Positions 24,401 through 33,416 of a DNA stretch of 64,000 bases are shown here, in pieces (the stretch's first letter is position 1; every line of letters starts with the position of its first letter). Location: positions 4,322,490 to 4,386,489 of the forward strand of contig OZ316893.1 of the NCBI GenBank assembly GCA_973895155.1, read 5' to 3'. The notes under the pieces are model-generated. The model was not told the DNA's origin. It did not search any database and worked only from the letters and a program-made list of their open reading frames with translations. Made by a program: the position numbers and the translations under genes. This DNA comes from Marsupella aquatica (taxonomy: Eukaryota; Plantae; Marchantiophyta).

Positions 24401-26091
24401 AGGACGAGATGCTCGAACAGACTTACGCCAAGATGAACCAGATGGAGTCTGTCATCATTGCAGAGCTCGACAAGGAGCTAAGAGCAACCCAGGAGGAGAG
24501 GGCTACCTTGAAGAAGGAATTGGAGGAAGCCCACAGGGAGCAGGAGGAGGCCAAAAACGAGCTGGAGGGGGCACGTAAGGACCTGGATGAAACCCAAGAG
24601 GAGTTGGAGGAAATCACGAGGAAGATGGAGAACCTACAGCGGCGGGCCGACAACCAAACAGAGCGGTTGAAGAAACAAGCCGCAGTATTTAAATGCTTAG
24701 CTGCAGCAGGTCCATCTCCCGTTGGGACAAACCAGTTACCAGGGGTGGTAATTGCCGAAGGACAAGCCGCGTCAACTGCACCAGTGCCGGAAGTAAGTGG
24801 GAAGGGGAAGGGACCAGCTGCCGAGCCACCAACGAAGAAGAAGCGGAAACCTCCAGGGTCAAGGAGTAATACGACTTCACAGGCCGTGGTGATCAAGGAG
24901 GTAGACCCAGCACCGACCCCAGACAGGGTCACGGCTAAGGATCCAACTACCCTAGGGGAAGGGGAGGCCGAAGCCGTGGGAGTGGCTGAGGCCGAAGCCG
25001 TGGGTATTGCCGAGGCCGGTGTCGAGGCTGAAGCCGAAGGTGGACCCAGTCAGGCCGATGGAGAGTTGACTCGGTCAAGGGCAGGTAATCTGTCAGTAGG
25101 CGGGCCAACGGCAGTGGCTGAGGAGGAAGTGTTGGGGGCGTCCATTGAGGATCCACCACCGGTGTCGTGACGGTGCAAGGGCGCCGTTCCTTTTAGGGAG
25201 GGCGGACGTGGAGGGAGGAGGCGTGAGTGGGCAGGGCGGGCGCGGATCTCCACGTTTAGGATTAGGATCAGAACCAGGAGCGGCCCTGACACTTAGCTTA
25301 GTGGGATTGCGGTCCCACTGGTAGGAGCAACACTTGTGCTCCTGCCTTGCTGTACATAGGTAGATTCGGGCAAGTAGATTACTGTTAAGTAGATTAGGCT
25401 TACGATGCAAAGAATGGCGGATCCACTACCAGGATAAGTACCTGGGCAGCGGGGAGCTCAGGGCCTCTTCTTTAGCAAGTTTTTAGTTTGCACCAGCCGG
25501 GCTGGGATCAAGTAGTACGAGAAGCTCTCGGTTAGTCATACAGTGACCCTTGTGTATATTCATGTTTCCTCATGCCTAAGAGCTGAATAGAGTTGGCCTC
25601 ACGGCTTAGTTCGCAGAACTTGTGTATGAGATGTACTGCTTGTATGGCAAGTGCATGGTATGACTCAGTCAGAATGAGTCATTTTGCTATTTGTGTGTCG
25701 CATTAACTTGTGTGAAGAGTGCCCACATCAACAGAAGGAAGGAAAGTAAGCAGGGGAGTGAGAGTTGGATGTGTCGAGCTGAGAGAGGTCTTAGTGGCTT
25801 AACCAAGCCTATTGGGGATCATTCCGGCGGCGGAATCCAAACATACCTAACAAGACGGAGGGGAAGACAGGGGAAGACAGGGGAAGGCCTATATTAGGCC
25901 GGCTACGTATCTCATGACCCGATGAAGGATCTGTCCAGTATATGTGTGTAAAATGTTAATAGTAGTAGTAGAAGGTTAGCAGCGTCCCATGCCGCTAAGC
26001 CGCGGAAACAGCCTCGCCAAGCACGAAACCTGCGGGAATCGGCTTGAGCTGGGGGGTTTCTTGGGTTTAGGGAGCCATGGGACGCACCACA
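21456..26091 (+). mobile_element. 4636-bp TG...CA element, copy 2
   Basis: Ends TGTGATGC...GCACCACA. TSD CCCCA at 21451-21455 and 26092-26096. Confidence 0.93.
21571..25170 (+). pseudogene. 1199-codon ORF of copy 2 with one premature TAG (23761): basic N-terminus, transposon-protein-like domain, acidic linker, coiled coil, NLS-like KKKRK
   Basis: ORFs 21532-23763 and 23779-25170 share one frame. Copy 1 has CAG where copy 2 has TAG. Confidence 0.88.
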
Positions 26092-26096
26092 CCCCA

Positions 26097-28648
26097 CGCA
26101 CACAGAGGGAGAAGGGCCGACAACAGCAGAGGGCATGGAGCTGGAAGTTTCTGAGTCAGCGGAAAGGTAAAGGAGCAACCCCAAAGATGATCAAGAGATC
26201 GTGAGTCAGGGACCTTCAGCGGCTGACCATCTCTCGGAAACTATAGCCAAAAGGGAAGGGCAGGGGCCCGCCGAGGAGCCAACCCTAGAGACACAAACCG
26301 AATCAGTAATCGAGGCACCAACGGAGCAAGCGGCCGAGCAGACAGAAGAACAACAGGGAAACCAACTAAACAAACTTCAACGAGAAGGGAGACGGAAGCT
26401 GACCATGGCAGAATTGTTAGCCAACCAGGATCCCACGGAAGCAATCACGACGGTCACCACAGCGATAATTGAGGAAACAACTCCTTCTAGGACCAAGAGG
26501 AACCGCAAGGGGACAGCCAAAACGATTAAACTTGAGCCGCCAACGATGAGGGAGGTGCGATCCGTAAGGGGAAAGAGCAAAATAGTCGAATACGAGGAGG
26601 AAGAACCGGAAGAATCCGACAGTGAAGAAGAAGAAGAACCAGCAGAAGAAGCAAAAAGTAGGACCAGGAAGGCGACGCGCGCCGCAAAGGCGAGTCCAGG
26701 GGAAACAAGTCATGTTTTGAAATTTGAGAGAATGGGGCCACAGATATTGCAAACTATGCGCGGACAAGCACACAGGAAATTTCTACAGACACAAGGATTG
26801 GAGAAATTCATGAAACTAAAGTGGAATCAAACCACGAAGCTACAAGCAGAGGACTACAGCGAGTTCATCACCACGTGGAAACCCACCGAAAATCAGGGAA
26901 TATGTAGGGGCCAAGTCATTAAGACGAATACTCGGAAGCTTCAGGAGCTTTTCAAACTGCCAAAGCAAGGAGCGAAGATCAAGAAACGGATGGGGAAAAC
27001 TTGGCAACCTGCCACATTTCCACAACACAAGGACGTAGACGACAACAGGGGCTATCCGACCAAGCATTGCACGAATGAGAAAATCAAGGAAAGGCTCGAA
27101 TTCGTAACCCATGCATTACATTGGAAGAGGCCCAGATCAGAATATCCTCGATTTATGATTAAAATTGTAGAGGAGGGAGACGGGAAGCAAAAGGATTGGT
27201 CGGCCTTTTTCCACGAAGGGTTTCATGCAGCCATCAAGCGAACTAAATGATTAATCAGCAGTAAAAGCAACCTGCCAGTAGAGATCGAGTCGCATCTCCA
27301 AGTGCTAATCGAGAGTCAGCTTACAGGGGAAGACGGCGGAAAAACGGAATCAGCAGCAACCATTTACCAACCAACGAGGAGTGAGGGAGCCAAGAAGCAG
27401 GAGGGCACCCTGCCAGAAGAGGAAGCAGCCAACAAAGAGCAAGAGGGGGACGCATCACCAGTGCGCACCACCAGGAGGAAAGAAACCAATCCAACACCGA
27501 CCAAGAAGGAGTCAGAATCAGAGGGTCAGGAACCAGCGGAGGAAGACAAAATGCGAGCAGAAACCAAGGCTTATAGGACAGCGCCCATTGATGACGACGA
27601 CCTCAAGTACGCCCTCTCAACCGTAAAAGAAGGTGATGAACAACAATTACGGGAGAAGCTGGGGATCGAAGTATTGAAAGAGAAGATCAGCACAGTGCAA
27701 AAAGATAGCATCTTTACAGTCATGATCGGACAAATCGCCAGTCAATTAGCCATTTATCAGGGAATAACGAGTTCGCTAGTACACTTGGAGTGGAACAAGC
27801 GAGAAGAAGAAATCGCCGAGGACTTAGCCGGGAAGGAGGAGGCAGATAAATGGGCAGTGGAGGCCGAGGAGACCATCAAGGAGTTACTAAATTGTAACAA
27901 AGAGCTAATAGCAGATAAGGATCGACTGACAACCATAGGAAGAGGCTGGAGGCATGAGGAGGCAGCCACACAGGAATTGGCTGATTACCTAGGAATAGAA
28001 GGGTTACGTCCAGGGGGACTAACGACAAATTACCAGGAGGTTGTCATGGCCATCGGAGCAGCCATAGCCACAGTCAAAGCAGATAGCCAAAAGATCAATT
28101 CACAGCTAAGGGAGGATAACGAGAAACTCAAGGAAATAGAAGAATTGCAATCGCAACTCAAGGATGAAGCAGCAAAGCAACGCAGAACAGCCGGTGAATG
28201 GGCAGTGGAACGCCAAAGGGTGGAGGAATTGAAGAAAAAGCTCCAGGGTCTGGAAACCCAACTCCAGCAAACCACCGCAGTCAAAGGGGACCCCACGGAG
28301 AATCTGAACAAACAAGCCCTACTGGAGGAGCAACTGGGGAAGCTCGGAAGAAAACACTATGAAGTATCGGAGAGTTGGAGAATCACAGAAGACGACTATA
28401 AGTGGAAAATTGCTGAGTTAGAAGCCACGGTGAAGCTACAGGGCACTGGAGAGGAGAGTATCACTGAACAGACCAAGGAACTCGAGCAGTTGAGGACAGA
28501 GAACGATCAGCTTTCGCAAGAATTGGAAGATAAGGAACGATCAATTTTGGATTTAAAATCCGAAGTGAGGAAGCTGAAGGCACAGAGTAGAGTTTCGATA
28601 ACTCCAACCAGGACGACCAATGTTAGCGAGGGTAGGGGAGTGAAGTAG
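26097..28648 (+). pseudogene. 3' extra ORF of the gypsy element: acidic/basic region, plant transposon-protein-like domain, long coiled coil
   Basis: One frame throughout, in frame with the 21089 ORF across the TSD. Only two internal stops (TAA ~26168, TGA 27248). Heptad-rich C-terminus. Confidence 0.8.
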
Positions 28649-28710
28649 ACCGGTGACAACTTGTCCCCAACGTATACCAAGCATAACGGATATCGAGGAT
28701 GAATCCGTAG

Positions 28711-28725
28711 GTAAGCAAAGGAGAA
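28711..28725 (+). promoter_or_regulatory. Gypsy polypurine tract
   Basis: GTAAGCAAAGGAGAA immediately before the 3' LTR TG. Confidence 0.75.
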
Positions 28726-30592
28726 TGTAAACGATAAAAATTACACCGGCGATATTATAGTTTTTCTTTAGGTTTAGAAGTGTCAACTAGAGGTCAACCA
28801 AGAGTATTTAGGAAGTAGTAAGCAAGGACCAACGGTTATTCATTTTGTGGAGATGACAGAAAGGCTGGAAGTAGGGGAGGCAACGATCATCTCGATTAAC
28901 GGTCGTGTAGGAGTCGAGTTCTGCTATGAAGGCTGCGATGGCCTACTAGCAGATGGCAGAGTATGTGCCTTAGGCACAAGAGCCCGACAGAGAAGGCAAG
29001 GGGGGGCAAATATAGGAACCCCCGTTAGCAGGAATCGGTTAGCTCATGAGTGTAAGTCGCTAGGAGAAGGAGTGCCTATGTTCATGTTCACTATTCGGAT
29101 CAAAGAAGGAAGCTGTCGTGTATGGGATGCGGCGGGGCAACAATTGTTCAGAATGAAGGGCGAAGAGTTCCGCCAACGATTCACCACCGGCGAGGCCATC
29201 GAAGAACTCTGTAGAAAGGTCATGCGGAAGAAATGGAATCTCCTGCTAAGACGGGATAACAGCCACGATCAGCGGATTACGTGGCGATTAATCACCGCCG
29301 AACAAGTAATCATGGCCGGCAAACCGAGCAACCCCAAGGAAGATGATAGAAGTCAGGAGGTCGAGGCACATATGGCAAGATTAACAATCGGGAGTCCGGA
29401 AGCTTCCGGATCAGGCGCAACCACAGGGAATCGAGGAGGCCGTTGCACAGTTCAGTAACCAGGAAGACAGAACTTCTTGACATAGTAATCAGCAGTTCTT
29501 GGCTTCCACTCATCGTTCTGGTAGGCATTAGTTAGCGTTCTTGATGAACGAGCGAAGGAGATCAAAGAGGAGGCACGAGTCGTCCAACTGTAATCGGCGC
29601 ACCCCAAGAAGTAGTAGAGGCCTCGGGCAGAGACGGACACGAGGCATAGGTATTTAGAGGCTGTGGAGCGCTAGGCGCTCTGTCACTTTTTGCTAGAAGT
29701 CTGGGGGCAAGGTAGGGCTCCGCTCACCTTAGGAATGCCAGCAATTTTGTAATAGTGTCCCTACTCAGTTGAGTAGTCTTTGAGTATAAAGAGAGAGTTT
29801 GGAATGAATGCAACAGAGTGAAGTCCGCACTTGAGCAGTGAATGAGAACGTCAAATCAGAGAGAGAGAGAGAGAGAAGGAATTTGCCTTATGCAGCAAGT
29901 CGTTACTCGTTAATCGCAACGATGAATGAATATCGTCTCATTGCGAACCAGAACCTTACGGGCCAGCGCCTCAAGGTATAGGTTGAACAGACAGCTAGTG
30001 AGAAGCGGTGTCTGGTTGGAGATAGTGTGTTTTGAAGGCGATACACTGGTCGTCATACACCTCCATCATACAAGGGTAAACGTGATACTGGGGTACTTGC
30101 TTAGGGTAACCCTGTCATAGTCACCCACACAATCCGGAAATCAATTGCCAGGCAGGCTGATTCAAAGGACAGTCGGACTTAATCAGGTCACGGCTACTAA
30201 AAACCATGAACGCAGACAGCAGTGACGACAAGTCTTGCTCCTTGATTATCTTAAGATCACTGGAACTGTGGATCTGTTCTATCGGCACCCATCTTATTTC
30301 CCGTCAGTTACTATACGAGAACATTCCGATTTGCTTGATCACTTACCACGAGTGGTGTGGGTTCATTGAGATTGTGTATAGAGAGGGGTTAGTGTTGGCC
30401 AAGGCTGAAGTGCCTAAGAAGTGGAAGACGGAACTCGACATTCAAGAGCACTTGGTCGGATTCACTTACGGGGACTGTGTCGAGATAGACGGAGTGCCGC
30501 CTCTCGAAGGTCGATTAATCATTTAAACGAGATTACTGAGGAGAAGGTAGTTAAACGGCCATTAATCGCAAGGTCGAAGTAGGCGTTTAACA
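28726..30592 (+). repeat. Gypsy 3' LTR (1867 bp)
   Basis: Direct repeat of 7908-9772, preceded by a purine tract. Confidence 0.97.
28853..29458 (+). CDS. LTR-encoded ~201-aa RPA70C/OB-fold-like protein (3' LTR copy)
   Basis: Same ORF, intact, 2 amino-acid differences from the 5' copy. Confidence 0.55.
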   Translation: MTERLEVGEATIISINGRVGVEFCYEGCDGLLADGRVCALGTRARQRRQGGANIGTPVSRNRLAHECKSLGEGVPMFMFTIRIKEGSCRVWDAAGQQLFRMKGEEFRQRFTTGEAIEELCRKVMRKKWNLLLRRDNSHDQRITWRLITAEQVIMAGKPSNPKEDDRSQEVEAHMARLTIGSPEASGSGATTGNRGGRCTVQ

Positions 30593-30856
30593 CTCACTCC
30601 GTTGAAAAACGCAAACTCTGGTCTCTCCCCCAAAAATACCGTCGAACACGAATAAAACCCTGAACAATGCAAACTTCGATTCCTCCGCACCACGGATACC
30701 GATCAGCCAGTTCTAACCACCGTTAGAAAGCCCTCTCACTAACCTATCCGCACAGCCACACACATTCAAGTTTCATGCGACGAAACCCCGAATGTACCAT
30801 CAACAATGAACGCTAGAAAAACCCATCATGAAAAAACCTCGTCACCTCCCAGGCAT

Positions 30857-30868
30857 GCTCTGATACCA
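30857..30868 (-). promoter_or_regulatory. Copia primer-binding site (tRNA-iMet)
   Basis: Minus strand TGGTATCAGAGC, 2 nt after the 5' LTR. Confidence 0.95.
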
Positions 30869-30870
30869 CT

Positions 30871-31214
30871 TATTGAGCATAGACGACATTCGTAATGGCA
30901 AGCCCATGAACCATCCAACGCACAATAGTCGACACAGAGAGATACGTGGTTCACCTTCACATGAGGCTACGTCCACGGGAACACACAAGAGCTTTACTGC
31001 ACTCTAGGCCGACCGGCCATACCAAGCATCCACAGCACAAGCTCTCCCTATCTCTCAACTAGCTCCGTAACAATGAGCCTAAGTTGCACCAGGGTCTGGC
31101 ATCAGCCCTGGCTATATGCACAACAGCACTACCGCTAACCTTAGCTAGGTCCTAACCTGAGTTAGCCTAACTGTGGTTAGCACAAGAGTCATAAGACTAG
31201 AGCAATATCTAACA
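30871..31214 (-). repeat. Copia 5' LTR
   Basis: Direct repeat of 1683-2026. Its inner terminal CA has mutated to TA. Confidence 0.97.
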
Positions 31215-31286
31215 TCTCTTGTGTCAACTACTTGCGCGTTGGATGTGTCATGTGCTTACCATTGTGAATGTCGTCTATGCTCAACA
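31215..31286 (+). mobile_element. Older solo LTR, right part
   Basis: Continues the reverse-complement LTR to ...gtcgtctatgctcAACA. Followed by GGCAG (31287-31291), matching 1398-1402. Confidence 0.9.
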
Positions 31287-33416
31287 GGCAGGTTGGGACA
31301 AACTTATCCGTGGAGGGGTGCAGTTGGTTGGGTTAAAAATGTACTGCTCACTTGTTTTGCTATATTTTGCATTGGGGTGTAAAAAATCAGAAACTGTACT
31401 CCATGTGATTGGATGTAAAACTCATTTGCTCTTGAAAATATTTGAACATATGAGCAGGAGGGCTATGGGTATGACAGCCAACAAGGTGGAGGCAGGATGG
31501 CTAGAGGCAGATGACTGAAGGGTAGGTGGCTAGAGGGCTATGGCAGCCGACTAGGTGAAGGCAGGATGGCTGGGAAGGCTATGGCAGGTGGCCAGAGGAC
31601 TATGGAGCATTATTCCCCTAACCAAAGTGGACAACAAGTGTGGCATTTGACAACAGCCGATGCGGGAACAAGAAGACAACTACACAGCCTGACAAGCCAA
31701 TGAATCATGCAACCTCCTGGTCCATGACACCTTCAACACTACTCCTTGACACCCTTCTCATTTCCAAAATTTCTTCAATTGCAAAAGTGCACCTTCAACT
31801 TCCCTTGATATAAAAATTATTTGGCTCTACTTTGTTCCCTCGAAGCGGGCCGCTTGGAAAGATCTTTCCAACCTGTCCAATATCTATAGTTTTATGAAGA
31901 ATTGATTGAGCTATAAATTTCCAAATATCACTTGTCACTCATCGTCCACTCTGCACTGCCAAAAGGTTACCTAGACCCTGCCTACAACTGCCTTGGGTTG
32001 ACCCATACAACTTTGGAGTAGTTCATTGGAAAGTTGATTGCATTCCAGGAACTTTGTGGTAGAATTTGTTCTTCTATTGGAACTGAATTGAGGTGGGATG
32101 AAGGTGAAGGCTGACCAAGAAATAATCTCCCTAAACTGCTATGCTTCAGAGATGCAAGATAGGCTCATTTATGCTCGTCTTGTACAGCATTGATAGTAAA
32201 TACCAACGTATGGTTCTTGAGTTCAATCCAACATAAAGCAGGGGTTATTTGGTCTCAAGTTCAACCCAGCATGAAGTATGGGTTCAAGTCCAAACCATGG
32301 GTCAACTAAAACATGGATTCTCTGACAAATAGTGGGTCAAATGTGGTAATTATAGACATTGATATAAAAATACAACCTACTGTAGGGATTTCTCTGCCTG
32401 CAGGCTTGCTCAATGACTATGACAACCTTCTTAGCAGTTCCCCCTTTTTGATAATCATATGTGTTTCAGCTTTTAATAGTAAATTCTCAAATTAAATAAT
32501 AAAAAATTCGGTTCCGAATTTGAGAAGCCGTTTATGAAATGATTGCATAATCTCAGTTATTATGCTCGAGTCATCCTGTACGATTTGCAGAGGATTTTCC
32601 AATTTTCTTGGTGGAGACCGATTGAATAAGAATCTAGAAATACTTCTCGGTCATCTTTCGTCGCTATTTCAGGTTTTCTTAGGTGTGTTCCTTGAATGCA
32701 ACACACTTCATCTGGTCAGATCCAGAAGTATTGATTTCTATAGTTGCCCAGCCAATCATCTTCCGACAAAACTCATCTTTGCAGTTGAACATCGTCTACT
32801 CTACTAAGAGTGCCAAAGTAATTACTTTGGAACATGGATATACATACCGCATGGAAGGATCAATTCAACCCTTCCCTGTACAAATTTCAATACTACCCAC
32901 TGTCGGCTCCACAATACTCATCTATCCTTTACTTCGAGTCTAACCTACTAGAGGAATGTGTCCTTCCCACCCCTACTGTGGGAGTCTGATGTGTATGAGA
33001 ACAATTGAAAATCTAAAAACCACCTCTCGCCACAGGTGAGATATACTTTTTGACTGTCCTGAACCGGCATTCTGTACTGTTACGCTAGCAGATTCCTGAA
33101 CGCTCACATAACCGACAATACGATCAGTGGATGCTCCACTGCCTGAGGAATGAATGATGACGGAAAAGTGAGATACCTCTTCAAAGCTGCAAATTCTTGG
33201 GTGACCTCTTGTTGTGAAAGGATATTGAGACTACACATCCAAAAACTCCTCCATGCGTTACTAAAACGCTATGAAGGAATACCAAAATGACTACAGGGAG
33301 CAGCACATTCAAAAAAACCTTGGAGGTTGTTCTCTTGTTCCTCCAAGCAGAGTAAGCCTCAGGACAAAAAGGCTAGGAGATTGGGTACTCTGTGTCTTAA
33401 ATGGCGAGAAGCCAGC

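Larger units (their letters stand above)
7908..30592 (+). mobile_element. Ty3/gypsy non-chromovirus (Athila/Phygy-like) LTR retrotransposon with extra ORFs and two nested insertions
   Basis: LTRs 7908-9772 and 28726-30592 (TGTAAACG...CGTTTAACA). TSD CTCAC at 7903-7907 and 30593-30597. Order gag-PR-RT-RH-IN. No chromodomain or second RNase H seen. Lineage call is inference. Confidence 0.96.
1683..31214 (-). mobile_element. Full-length but decayed Ty1/copia LTR retrotransposon (Tnt1/Tork-like), interrupted by a gypsy element in its 5' UTR
   Basis: 344-bp LTRs at 1683-2026 and 30871-31214 (8 mismatches by eye). TSD TCTCT at 1678-1682 and 31215-31219. PBS and PPT present. Domain order gag-PR-IN-RT-RH on the minus strand. 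Confidence 0.97.

Noticed and set aside
11813-26091. A single element with 4.6-kb terminal inverted repeats enclosing RT/integrase (DIRS-like or composite transposon)
   Set aside because: Each arm has its own TSD (CCCAG, CCCCA), and the host reading frames rejoin in frame when each arm is removed. These are two independent insertions.
27302-28648. Retroviral env gene
   Set aside because: It occupies the env-like position but shows no signal peptide or clear transmembrane segment. It is a charged coiled coil.
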